Numbered from the stretch's first letter, positions 50,125 through 60,189 are shown. The stretch is 64,000 bases of DNA from Spirochaetia bacterium (GCA_965208575.1 CBDBOV010000005.1:256001-320000), one strand, 5' to 3'. Program-made: numbers and translations. Notes: generated by a model not told the origin, from the letters alone.

Positions 50125-53100
50125 TCAGTACCGGGCGTCCAGCTTCAGCCGGATGCCGTGCTGCGGCCCGGAGTCGTTGACCGGCTCGGTCCGGATCGCC
50201 TCGACGCCGAGGTCGAACGACGACGTCGCGCTCCGGGCGAGCCCGAGCTTCCAGCCGAGGCGGAACTCGCGCGCGGTGTCGGACAGCGCCACGCCCAACT
50301 CCGGCGTCGCGGTGAGGCGCTCGCCGAAGGCGGGGAAGCCGTAGCCGAACTTCAGTTCCAGCCGACGGCTGTCCAGGCCGTCGCCGGTAGCAGCCAGGCC
50401 GGCCAGGGTCGGCCGCCCGAGCAGCGCCCGGCTGCCGCCGGTGGCCGCCGCGCCCACGGTCTGGGTGACAGTCAGCGACGCTCCCCGCTCGGAGGCCGGG
50501 TCCGGGTCCCAGGCGAGCGAGCCGGACAGGCCGAGGTCGCGGAAGCCGTCGAACTCCTCGGTCAGCAACCCGCGCGCCGCCACCTGCGCCGACAGCCCGA
50601 GCGCCGGGGCCGACCAGGCCAGCCCGCCGCCCACGTCCATCCCGTAGCCGGTCTCCGCGTCACCGCCGTCGTGGCGCACCCCGACCGCGACCGTCGGCTC
50701 CACCGTGCCGCCGCGCCCCAGCCCGATCCGGTAGCCGCCGTCGAGCCCCAGCCTGATCCGCGTGGCGTCCGCCTGCGCTTCCGCCAGCCCCGATGCCTCC
50801 GCGGAACCGGTGCGCACCCAGTAGGCGTCGGTCTCGATGGCCAGCGAGAAGCCGCTCCCGGCGGTCGGCTCCACCAGCCGCCCGCGCGCGCCCAGCGCCG
50901 CCAGCACCAGCGACAGGTCGGTCTCCAGCGCCGCCGCCCCCTCGGGCGTGAGCGTGAGCCCGCCCAGCCCCAGCCCGCCGGCCGCCCACGCGGTCAGCCG
51001 CTCGCTCAGGTCCACCCCCACGTAGGGATGCACCGCGGTCAGCGTGCTCGCCACCGTCCCGGCGCCGGCGGCGGCCCGGTAGCTGCCGTCCCCGCGTGCG
51101 TGCGAGAGCATCACCCCGCCGAGCCACGCCCCGGAGTCCACCTCCGCGCCGAGCAGCGCCGTGGTCACCTCGCCCTCCACGCTCAGGCTTCCCTCGCGCC
51201 CCTCGAACCGCGACCACCCGCCGCGGCCCCACAGCGCCGCCGCCGGCCGATCCTCCGCCGCCGCGGAGGTCACCGAAAACGCGCTGCCGGCCAGCAGCTC
51301 GCCGCCGCTCATCGTGCGCGGCTGCTCCGGCGTGCCCGCCAGCCAGCGCGCCAGCTCCTGGTCGGCAAGCCGCGCCGATTCGTCCGCGTCGAGGCCGCCG
51401 GCGGAAAGCTCCTGCCCGGCAAGCCGCGCCTGTGCACCGCCGCCGCCCCGCGCCGCCAGCCGCGCCCCGACCGCGTCCACGACCTGCTCGGCCAGCGTGC
51501 GCCCGAACCGCGCCAGCCACGCCCGCGGCATCGCGTCCGTGTTCTCGATCGTGCCGGTCGCCTCCAGGTCGCCCGCGCGCGCGCCCACGACGTTCGACAG
51601 CCGCAAGCTGAACGTCTCGTGCCCCTCGTCGTGGCTGTCGTCGAGCACGGGCACGCTCACCGTCTTCGTCGTCTCGCCCGCGGCGAAGGTCAGCGTGCCG
51701 CTCGCCGCCGTGTAGTCCTCGCCCGCCGTCGCCGTGCCGTCGGATGTGGCGTAGTCCACCGTCACGGAGTGCCCCGCGCCTGTGAAGGCGCGGCTCAGCG
51801 ACACCTCGAACTCCACCGCCTCGTCCGCACCCTCACGCGCCCGTGCGTCCGCCACCGAGAGCGCCGGGCGCCAGTCCACCTTGTGGCCGGAAGCATGGCC
51901 GAGGCCGGTGTGCCCGAGCGCCGCGTCCGTCCCGCCCGCCGTGCGGATCGTCCCGCCGCTCAGGGTCAGCGTGTCCGCGAGCACCGCGATCCCCTGCCTC
52001 GACAGGTTCGGCTCCACCACCGTGTGCGCGAAAATGAGGCTGCTCGTGCCGCTGCCGCTCGCGTAGGCCGCCTGCTTCTCGCCCCACTCCGCCGGGTCCA
52101 TGTCGATGGACAGCGTCGGCGTGCCGGTCACCGTCACCGCCTCGCTGAACGTCGCCCGGATCCGGATCGTCTCGCCCAGCAGATAGGTGTCGCCCGAGGC
52201 CGGGCTCGAGACCACCGACACGCCGCTCACCGACGGCGGCCCCGGCGCCTTCACCGTCGCCGACACCGCGCTCGACAGCTTCCGCCCGTCCGGCGTGCAC
52301 AACGCGCCCGTCGCCGTGCAGTCGGTCGTCGCCGGCAGCGACACCGTGACCTCCGCCCCCGAGGTCGGCTGCACCGTGACCGTCCAGCGCCGGTTGTCGC
52401 CCCTCACCACCCGCTTCGTGCGGGTCACCGTCGCGTTCGTCGCCTGAAGCGCCTCGGTGCGCAGCGTCGCCGAGGAAAACTTCCGTACCAGCGCCTCGCT
52501 GAACACGAGACCGAAGCTGAACGCGCTGTCCCTGCCCCCGTGCGAGGCCGGCACATCGACGAACCGCGCCGTCAGCGGCGGCTGCCCCCCCGCCGTCCGC
52601 CAGTCCACCTTGTGGTTCGCGTCGTGGCCAAGGCCGTCATGCGCGAGGTTCGCGTCCGCGCCGTCCGCGCCGATCGTCCCGCCGGCGAGCTCCAGCGTGT
52701 TCTCCAGCACGGCGATGCCCTGCGTCGAGATGTTCGGCTCCACCACCGTGTGGACGAAGGTCAGGCTGTCCGTGCCGCCGCCGCTCGCGTAGGCCGCCCA
52801 CTTCTCGCCCCACTCCGCCGGGTCCATGTCGATCTTCAGCCGCGGCGTGCCCGTCACGTCCACCGGCCCGTCGAAGGTCACCCGGACCTGGATGGTGTCG
52901 CCGAGCCCGTAGGTCTGGTCCGCGCCCGCGCCCGAGACCACCGACACCCCGGTCACCGCGACCGGAACCGGCGCGAGCCGCCAGTCCACCTTGTGCGCGG
53001 GGTCGTGGTCGCGGCCCGCATGAGAGAGCGCCGCATCCACCTGCGCCGCCGCCGCCCTGATGGTCCCGCCGTCGAGCGCCAGCGTGTCCGCGAGCACCGC

Positions 53101-55401
53101 GACGCCCTCGGTCGCCAGGTTCGGCTCGACCACCTGGTAGACGAATACCAGCGTGTCCGTGCCCGATCCGCTCCGGTAGAGCGCCCGCTTCTCGCCCGAC
53201 TCAGCCGGGTCCAGGTCGACGGTCAGCGCCGGCGTCCCGCCGGCGCTATCGACCTCCACCGCCGCGCTGAACGTCACCGCCACCCGGACCCGCTCGCCGA
53301 GCGCGTAGGTGGCGTCGCTTCCTGCGTCCGAGACCACCGCCACGCCCGTCACCCGGGGCACCCCGGTGACGTTCTCAAGGGCGATGCGCACGTACCGCCA
53401 CTCCACCCCGTCGCCGATAGGCAGCACCTCGGGCGCCTTCACCAAGTTTCCGGCGAGGTCCCGCAGCGCCCCGCCCGCGCCGTCCGCGCCGTCGGCGCGC
53501 CGGATGTAGAGTACCTGGTTGCGCGTCAGCCGGCCGACCTCCGCCCGCGGATTGCCCGCGCCCATACCGACCGTCACCACCGAGTCCTCGACCGACACTA
53601 CGCCGGTGGCGTCGAAGTTGGACCAGAGGATCTCCGTCGACAGGTCCACCATGAACCGGCCCCCCGTCGCGCCCGCGTCCAGCGCCTCGTTGAAGAAGAG
53701 CTTCATCGTCCCGCCGTCGACCTCGCCCCGCAGCAGCCGCGGCGGCGCCGCGTCCACCTTGTGCGCCGGGTCGTGCGCGAGGCCCGCGTGGCCGAGCACC
53801 GCCGCGGCATCGGTCGCAACCGACCTGATGGCGCCGCCGTCGAGCTCCAGCGTGTCCGCGAGCACCGCCACGCCCGCGGCCGATTCGTCCGGCGCCGCCG
53901 CGGTCCAGGCGAAGGTGAGCGCCGTCGTGCCGGAGCCGCTCTCGTACGCCGCCCAGCGCTCGCCCGTGCCGTCGTCGCCACCGAGGTCGAGCTTCAGCCG
54001 CGGCGCCCCGCCTTCGGTGTCCACCTCTACCGCCTCGCCGAAGGTCAGCGCCACCTGCACGGTGTCGCCCGCCGCGTAGGTGTCGTCACCGCCCGCATCC
54101 GAGACCACCGCCGCCGCGGACACGGTTGCGCGCCGCCCGCCGTACACCTTGTGGTTCCGGTTGTGGGCGAGGCCCTTATGCGCAAGTGCCGCGTCCTCCC
54201 CGGCATCCGACACGGACTCGATCGTGCCGCCGTTCAGCGCCAGCGTGTTCGCGAGCACCGCCACGCCCGCGCTCGACGAGTCGTCCTGCGCCACCGAGTA
54301 GGCGAACTCCAGCCTCTTCGTGCCGCTGCCGCCCGCGTACTCCGCCCACTGCTCGTCTCCGTCCGACGAGCTGAAGTCGAGCTTCACCCGCGGCGTGCCG
54401 GTCACCGTCACCGCCTCGCTGAAGGTCAGCCGCACCCCAATGGACTCGCCCCGCGCGTAGGTGTCGTCGCCGACCGGCTCCGACGACACCTCGACATTCG
54501 TGGCCTTGGGCAGACAGAGAGGAGCCGCCGCCCGGCTAAAAATGCCGGCCGCCCGATAGCCGGGCGCCTGAAAGCCGGCCGCCCGGGTGCCGGCCGCCAT
54601 CCCACATTGAGGACTCGCGTCCCGATCACCAACGCCTGTCACCTGATAGCTTGCCACCTGGTTGCCGGAGGGGTCCTGGAGCGGGTTGCTGGACGGCTTC
54701 GTGTAGCTCACCCTCACCGTCGCGCCGGCCGCCGCCGCCGAGGCCAGGTTCAGCTTGAGCGTGACGCCGGCAATTTCCACCGGATCGGTAGTCGCCAGTG
54801 CGGCCGGATTATCGCCCACCGTCACCGCAAACGCGCTCGCCGCCGGCTTGGAGCTCGTGTCCAGCTTGTTCTCGAAGGTCATGGTCAGCACAGTGTTGCT
54901 CACCGTCATAACCCAGACCGACGGCGCGGTGACGTTGTCCAAAGAGTAAGCAAATGGTCGTATGTACCTCACCTCGTTGCCGGCAACGTCCCGGAGTTTG
55001 TTGACGGCTCGGCTGCTTCTGTACTCATACAACCAGACACGCCGGCCCGATACCGCCCGTGACATGCCGCTGACCACCACCTTTTTGCCGCTGATCTCCA
55101 CCGCTCCGCTGGCAAAACAAGTGTGGGCGCAGACATCGCGGAAACCGGGCAGGCCCCAGCCGCTGGGGATGCCGTGGGGGTTGTGGCTGCACAACAGGTG
55201 CTCCTGATACGTCCAGAAGGCGCGGGCCTCCGGCACCGAGTCCTCGTCCAGCGCCTCGTTGAAATAGAGGGTCAGCGTTCTGCCGTCGATTTCACCCCGC
55301 ACCAGCGTCGGCGGCGTGGTGTCCGGGGCCTGCGCGGCGGCGAACGGCGCCAGCGCGGTCGCGACGGCAGCGAGCAGCACGAACGTACGGACGAACTTCA
55401 T
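50125..55401 (-). CDS. Autotransporter-like adhesin 3, 1758 aa (mosaic of modules from 1 and 2)
   Basis: Same termini; internal modules match adhesin 1 or adhesin 2 in blocks. Confidence 0.85.
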   Translation of the reverse strand: MKFVRTFVLLAAVATALAPFAAAQAPDTTPPTLVRGEIDGRTLTLYFNEALDEDSVPEARAFWTYQEHLLCSHNPHGIPSGWGLPGFRDVCAHTCFASGAVEISGKKVVVSGMSRAVSGRRVWLYEYRSSRAVNKLRDVAGNEVRYIRPFAYSLDNVTAPSVWVMTVSNTVLTMTFENKLDTSSKPAASAFAVTVGDNPAALATTDPVEIAGVTLKLNLASAAAAGATVRVSYTKPSSNPLQDPSGNQVASYQVTGVGDRDASPQCGMAAGTRAAGFQAPGYRAAGIFSRAAAPLCLPKATNVEVSSEPVGDDTYARGESIGVRLTFSEAVTVTGTPRVKLDFSSSDGDEQWAEYAGGSGTKRLEFAYSVAQDDSSSAGVAVLANTLALNGGTIESVSDAGEDAALAHKGLAHNRNHKVYGGRRATVSAAAVVSDAGGDDTYAAGDTVQVALTFGEAVEVDTEGGAPRLKLDLGGDDGTGERWAAYESGSGTTALTFAWTAAAPDESAAGVAVLADTLELDGGAIRSVATDAAAVLGHAGLAHDPAHKVDAAPPRLLRGEVDGGTMKLFFNEALDAGATGGRFMVDLSTEILWSNFDATGVVSVEDSVVTVGMGAGNPRAEVGRLTRNQVLYIRRADGADGAGGALRDLAGNLVKAPEVLPIGDGVEWRYVRIALENVTGVPRVTGVAVVSDAGSDATYALGERVRVAVTFSAAVEVDSAGGTPALTVDLDPAESGEKRALYRSGSGTDTLVFVYQVVEPNLATEGVAVLADTLALDGGTIRAAAAQVDAALSHAGRDHDPAHKVDWRLAPVPVAVTGVSVVSGAGADQTYGLGDTIQVRVTFDGPVDVTGTPRLKIDMDPAEWGEKWAAYASGGGTDSLTFVHTVVEPNISTQGIAVLENTLELAGGTIGADGADANLAHDGLGHDANHKVDWRTAGGQPPLTARFVDVPASHGGRDSAFSFGLVFSEALVRKFSSATLRTEALQATNATVTRTKRVVRGDNRRWTVTVQPTSGAEVTVSLPATTDCTATGALCTPDGRKLSSAVSATVKAPGPPSVSGVSVVSSPASGDTYLLGETIRIRATFSEAVTVTGTPTLSIDMDPAEWGEKQAAYASGSGTSSLIFAHTVVEPNLSRQGIAVLADTLTLSGGTIRTAGGTDAALGHTGLGHASGHKVDWRPALSVADARAREGADEAVEFEVSLSRAFTGAGHSVTVDYATSDGTATAGEDYTAASGTLTFAAGETTKTVSVPVLDDSHDEGHETFSLRLSNVVGARAGDLEATGTIENTDAMPRAWLARFGRTLAEQVVDAVGARLAARGGGGAQARLAGQELSAGGLDADESARLADQELARWLAGTPEQPRTMSGGELLAGSAFSVTSAAAEDRPAAALWGRGGWSRFEGREGSLSVEGEVTTALLGAEVDSGAWLGGVMLSHARGDGSYRAAAGAGTVASTLTAVHPYVGVDLSERLTAWAAGGLGLGGLTLTPEGAAALETDLSLVLAALGARGRLVEPTAGSGFSLAIETDAYWVRTGSAEASGLAEAQADATRIRLGLDGGYRIGLGRGGTVEPTVAVGVRHDGGDAETGYGMDVGGGLAWSAPALGLSAQVAARGLLTEEFDGFRDLGLSGSLAWDPDPASERGASLTVTQTVGAAATGGSRALLGRPTLAGLAATGDGLDSRRLELKFGYGFPAFGERLTATPELGVALSDTAREFRLGWKLGLARSATSSFDLGVEAIRTEPVNDSGPQHGIRLKLDARY

Positions 55402-55604
55402 GGCAGCCCCTGACCTAACCCTAACTCATGGTTGGTTATCATGTCCAGATCATCTCATGATCTCTTGATGGACTCTCCATTACGTATACTGATCCCGTAC
55501 ACCGTGTCCATCCCGCCCAGTGGCACGGCTCGACCAGCATCCGCCGCGTGTCGCGGGTCAGAAGGGCGAGCGGGAACTGCTGGGCGAGGCGTAGCCGCCG
55601 GCGA

Positions 55605-56036
55605 TCAGAGCTGGAGCGGATTACGCCACTTCAGCGCCGGGAACCGGGCGAAGTCCGTGTCCGTGCTGTGCAGCTCGTACCCTCGGGCGATCGCCAGGGC
55701 GGCCAGATGAGCGTCCGTGGTGAGGTTGCCGGCAGTGCCGAGATTGCCCAGCAGATCGCGGAGCAGATCGAAGTGTCGAGACGACGGCGCCGCCACATGC
55801 ACCTGAGGCAGTGCGAGCCACGAGCCGAGCCGATCGAGAACATCCGTCACGGGCAGCGGATTCGCGAGAATCGACCGGTGAGTGGTGATACGGATGAATC
55901 CGAGCATGGCTACCCAGGCCAGTCCCACACCGACCGTGCCGGCCAGCAGGTCGTCCCACCAGCGCCGAGCCGCATCGTGCGCCGGCGAGTCGGCGTTGTG
56001 AGCATGGATGAGCAGGTTGACGTCAGGGAGGATCAA
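55605..56036 (-). CDS. vapC: PIN-domain VapC toxin
   Basis: ILPDVNLLIHA, GFIRITT, TTDAHLAALA, STDTDFARF. Confidence 0.92.
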   Translation of the reverse strand: MILPDVNLLIHAHNADSPAHDAARRWWDDLLAGTVGVGLAWVAMLGFIRITTHRSILANPLPVTDVLDRLGSWLALPQVHVAAPSSRHFDLLRDLLGNLGTAGNLTTDAHLAALAIARGYELHSTDTDFARFPALKWRNPLQL

Positions 56037-56305
56037 CCGAGTCCGGTCTCCCTGTTGTGGCGCGCGACGAACGCCTCCGCCTCCAATTCGTCAGCGAGTT
56101 GGTTGAGCTTGTCGAGGTCCACTCCAGGCCGAAAGCCAAAGTGATGAGGCTTGGTCTTCGGCGGAGTGCCGTGTCCGGCCGCCGGTTGTCCCAGCCCTTG
56201 CCGGATGGCCTGATTCACCACTTCCTTGAAGGACACTCCCAACTTCCCAGCCCTCTCCTTGAGCACCGCGGCAAGATCATCCTCCAAGGTCAGCGTCGTG
56301 CGCAT
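56033..56305 (-). CDS. vapB: RHH-type VapB antitoxin
   Basis: MRTTLTLEDDL..FKEVVNQAIRQGL. Confidence 0.88.
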   Translation of the reverse strand: MRTTLTLEDDLAAVLKERAGKLGVSFKEVVNQAIRQGLGQPAAGHGTPPKTKPHHFGFRPGVDLDKLNQLADELEAEAFVARHNRETGLG

Positions 56306-56308
56306 GGA

Positions 56309-56339
56309 GACATCATGACACTCCGTTACATGATGTCAA
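56309..56339 (-). promoter_or_regulatory. TA promoter overlapped by a palindromic operator
   Basis: GACATCATG-N11-CATGATGTC; minus strand TTGACA-N16-CATGAT-N6-ATG. Confidence 0.7.
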
Positions 56340-56482
56340 GTCATCGCATTGACTCATCGAAAATCTAACCGTAGCGAAAGCATGCCTCATCTAAAAATCT
56401 AACCGAACGGGCTGGACCTTCCGGGTCCGGTTGGAGCCTCTCCGAGGGACGTGAGGAGGTTCCGGAGGAGATGGGGTTGAAG

Positions 56483-57745
56483 ATGAGTTCAAGGCGAGAG
56501 CTCACCGAGCAGCACGCGCAGCGGTATCGTCGGGCGGGCAAGAAGGAGAAGGGGCGCATACTCGACGAGTTCGTCGAGTCGACCGGGTACCAGCGCAAGT
56601 ACGCGATCCATCTGTTGACCTGGTGGGGACGGACCCGCATGGTGCGAGTCGACGGCACACTGGTGAAGCTGGTGGTCGGGCGTCCGCGGCCTGCCCAGCG
56701 CCGCGTGCGACCGCGGCGCTACGACCAGGAGGTGCTGGTCGCTCTGAAGCTGATCTGGTACGTGTTCGACTGCATGTGCGGCAAGCGCCTGGTGGTCGTG
56801 CTGCGCACCATGCTGCCGACGCTGGAGTCGTTCGGCGAGATCGAGCTGACCGCAGCGGTGCGCGGCAAGCTGCAGACCATCAGCGCCGCGACCATCGACC
56901 GGCTGCTGCAGCAGGAGCGCGCACGGCTGCGCCTGAAGGGTCGCACGCACACCAAGCCGGGCACCCTCCTGAAGGATCAGATCGCGATCCGAACCTTCGC
57001 TGACTGGGACGAGCAGGAGCCGGGCTTCTTCGAGATCGACTTGGTGGGCCATGAAGGCGGCAACGCGTCAGGCGACTTCTGCCACACGCTCACCATCACC
57101 GACGTTGACACCGGCTGGGTCGACCTGTACGGCGTGCAGAACAAGGCGCAGCGCTGGACCCACGAGGCGATCGACGCTGCCCGGCAGAGCCTGCCGATCG
57201 TGATGCGGGGGATCGACACCGACAACGGCAGCGAGTTCATCAATCATCATTTGCTGCGCTATTGCGAAGCGCACGGCATCACGTTCACTCGGGGTCGCCC
57301 GCATCGCAAGAACGACACCTGCTACGTCGAGCAGAAGAATGGCCACGTGGTGCGACGGGCGGTCGGCCACCTGCGTTACGACACCGACCGGGAACTGGCT
57401 GCCCTCAACGCGATATACCGCCCGCTGTGCCTGCTGGTGAACTTCTTCTATCCCTCGGTGAAGCTGGTGAAGAAAACCCGCACCGGCAGCAAGGTGCGCC
57501 GCATCTATGACGACCCGCAGACGCCGTATCACCGCATGCTGGCCTCCGAGTCGGTGAGCGAGAAGGTGAAGAACCGCCTCAAGCAGCAGTACGCGACGTT
57601 GAATCCGGTCGCCCTCAAGCGCGAGCTGACCAGGTTGACCGAGGATCTGCTGCAGCTGAACGTCAGCAAGACCGCCAAGGCCGCACCAAGCACGGTGCAA
57701 ACACCGAGCGAGGAGCGTGGTGGCAGCGGTCGCACGGCAAAATGA
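56483..57745 (+). CDS. Integrase catalytic-domain transposase
   Basis: GFFEIDLVGH, DTDNGSEFIN, KNDTCYVEQKN DDE-like triad. Confidence 0.9.
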   Translation: MSSRRELTEQHAQRYRRAGKKEKGRILDEFVESTGYQRKYAIHLLTWWGRTRMVRVDGTLVKLVVGRPRPAQRRVRPRRYDQEVLVALKLIWYVFDCMCGKRLVVVLRTMLPTLESFGEIELTAAVRGKLQTISAATIDRLLQQERARLRLKGRTHTKPGTLLKDQIAIRTFADWDEQEPGFFEIDLVGHEGGNASGDFCHTLTITDVDTGWVDLYGVQNKAQRWTHEAIDAARQSLPIVMRGIDTDNGSEFINHHLLRYCEAHGITFTRGRPHRKNDTCYVEQKNGHVVRRAVGHLRYDTDRELAALNAIYRPLCLLVNFFYPSVKLVKKTRTGSKVRRIYDDPQTPYHRMLASESVSEKVKNRLKQQYATLNPVALKRELTRLTEDLLQLNVSKTAKAAPSTVQTPSEERGGSGRTAK

Positions 57746-57869
57746 CCCTCTCAGGCGGGTCTGACGGTCGATAATCGGAGAATGGGCGGTCAGCGATGAG
57801 AAAACGTCGCCTCAGCCGCGCTGTAAGGCCCCTCCACGACACGAGGTGGTGTCTGGATACCCCCGTGTC
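57735..57869 (+). repeat. ~135-bp non-coding direct repeat, copy A
   Basis: Core 57806-57869 matches 59778-59841 at 60/64 nt. Confidence 0.85.
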
Positions 57870-57911
57870 TATGCATAACCATGCAATTCAGTGCAACTTT
57901 ATCCGCGACCG

Positions 57912-59460
57912 TAAGCCGGGTGGCGGAGTCCCGGTGCCGTCCCTGCAGTGCCTCGGCGAGGCGATTGCGGACCGCTGCCAGCCGGCTGCGTACCCGCCTG
58001 ATGCTCTTTTCCAGGGCCCGGCGCACCGGTTCACGACCCGTGCGTCGGGCTCCGGCGGCGCAAGGTCATGGCTCGGCAGCGCGTCAAGGTTGAACTGCTC
58101 GCGCAGGTACTTGAAGAAGTTCTCCTGCGACCAGCGCGAGAACATGGCGCCGGCGACCTGCGCCAACGGCATCTGCGGGTGCGTGGTGATCACCGCCACC
58201 TGACGACCGTTGGCCAGACGCCGCCGGATCTGGCGCACCACCAGCCCGTTGCGCAGCATGATCGGCTGCTCGGCCAGATCAACCGCAGTCGTGCTGGTGC
58301 CGGCGGGACCATGGATCGGTACCTCGAAGGTGTGGAAGTCTTCCGGCAGCCAGTCCGCGCCGTTGAAGTTCTTGTGCCAGGTGATGCAGGCGATGCCACG
58401 CCGGGCCAGGCGCTTGAACAGGTCCGGGCTCCAGCCCTCGCGGTCGAACACCAGGGTCAGCTGCGGGGTACCGGCCGGTGCTCCGGTCAGGTCGGGGGCC
58501 GCTTCGGTCACCACCCCCAGGTGCTGCAACTGCGGCACCACGTCGTGCTTGATCGCATTCACCGGCTTCGGGTCCAGCGCCTTGTGCAGGCACAGCAGCG
58601 GTGCGCCGCCGAGGGCGTTGATCCAGTAGCTCACCGACGCCGGCAGACACAGCTTCTGGCGTGCGACGAAGTGTTTCGGCAACCGCCCGTTGCGCCCGGT
58701 GTACACCTTCACGTGGCCATCCACGGCCAGCGTCGTCCAGTCGTCGTCGTGCTCGCTGGCCCAGGTACGCGCCAGTACCGATTGCCAATCGCGCACGGTG
58801 TGCTCGGCGCTGGCCAGCAGCCTGATCTTGCGGCGCAGCGTCTTGGTCTCCGGACAGCGGTCGAGGCCGAGGATGGCGCCCCACTCGCCGGGTGCCTGGT
58901 AGCGCAGGCTCTCGGGGTTGCGCACCCGGGCCAGGGTCATGCAGGCGACGAACAGGAGGATGGTGGTCAGGCCGTAGAATCCGGCCGGCAGGCGGAACAG
59001 GCGGTTGGCGGCGGTGAGCAGGCCCTCGCGCAGCAGCATCGCCAGTGCGGCCAGCACGCCGCCGCCAGCGACCGCGTGGGCGGGCTCGACGAACGCTGGT
59101 GTGGCCTCGGTCAGCAGGCCGGCTCTGGCGAGCGTGCGGCGTTCCACGTCGCGCGCCGCGCGGCCCATGGGCGCGTGCTTGTCGCGGGCGTCGCGGCTGG
59201 CGCGCTCAGTGGCGACCGCCGGGTCGCTGACCGCGGCGGCGGTGCTGACCGGGTGATCAGTGGTGGTGGCCGCCGGCGCAACCTCGGCGCTGGCGGCGGG
59301 CTCCCGGGTGGGATCTGTGATGACGCCGGCGCGGCGGTTCTCGTTGAAGGTGCTCACCGGGATGCCGAGTTCGCGAGCGCAGGCTGAGCCGCTCATCCCG
59401 GAAGCGAGCAGCTTGGCTGCCTGGTCCGCCATCTCGGCGTCGTCCACGGTGGCCTCCACG
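57912..59460 (-). pseudogene. Truncated, frameshifted large DDE-type transposase
   Basis: LAVDGHVKVY, LVFDREGWSP, SRWSQENFFKY; frameshift at ~58028; both ends missing. Confidence 0.8.
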
Positions 59461-59709
59461 GCACCGCGCCGGCTGACTCCGGTCGGGCTACGCCCTCCGT
59501 CCGTCAGCGGGGTACAGCATCTCCTCCGCCCCGTTCGATCCCGACGGCTCCGGTGTCGCAACCTCGTCGCCTACCCCGTCCCGGCGGTGGGGAATTGTCA
59601 TGACCCTGCCCCGGGCAACGCACCTCGGTGCAGTTGTCCGGGGCGCCTCGCTCCGTGCGCTCCGCAGCAACCTGCGCGCCGCTCGCGGCGTGGGCGGCAT
59701 CACCCGGCT

Positions 59710-59841
59710 CGGCAAATGACTTCTGAGCGTCTCTGACGCCCGTATATCCGTGAGCCAGACGGTCGGCGTCAAGAAATGTCGCCTCAGCCGCGCTGTAAGG
59801 CCTCTCCGCGACACGAGGTGGTGTCTGGACATCCCCGTGTC
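59710..59841 (+). repeat. ~135-bp non-coding direct repeat, copy B
   Basis: Matches copy A. Confidence 0.85.
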
Positions 59842-60189
59842 ACCAGCACCGAAGTCGCCTCCAGACCCGTCCGCCCCCTCTTCGGTCAGCGACACGACAC
59901 GGCACCGACCACCTCCCTGCCGTTGACGCCTCCTCATCCGCGCCGACCAACCAGATACGCCCCCGGTCGCGTTGGTGTGCTTGAATCAACCCGGCCGGTC
60001 GCCCAGCAGCCTATCCACTTATCCACAATTTATGAGTCTCCCCCCCTCGCGCTCCCCCCTCGTTCTCCGCCTCCCTTTCGGTTAGATTCTTACGTGAGGC
60101 ACGCTCACCGTAAGGTTAGATTTTTACGTGAGGCAATAGGGTTCGCGTCCGACCACAACAAGAGGCCCGTTACCAGACCTGAGTCAGGT

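Larger units (their letters stand above)
56348..60137 (+). mobile_element. Integrase-core (rve/DDE) IS with doubled terminal repeats, enclosing nested relics
   Basis: Left ATTGACTCATCGAAAATCTAACC and TGCCTCATCTAAAAATCTAACCG; right CGGTTAGATTCTTACGTGAGGCA and GGTTAGATTTTTACGTGAGGCAAT. Confidence 0.75.

Noticed and set aside
44711-50127. Integron attC sites between adhesins
   Set aside because: No RYYYAAC/GTTRRRY boxes and no integrase
37782-55062. Very long plus-strand ORFs (850, 1114, 1256, 1634 aa)
   Set aside because: Antisense shadows of GC-rich adhesin genes; Arg/His-rich with no motifs
48880-55215. Diversity-generating retroelement acting on adhesin tips
   Set aside because: No reverse transcriptase or template repeat in the window, and differences include several third-position changes not typical of adenine-specific mutagenesis; a trans-acting DGR is not excluded
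60011-60027. Replication origin
   Set aside because: Only two DnaA-like boxes, no AT-rich unwinding element and no dnaA or rep gene
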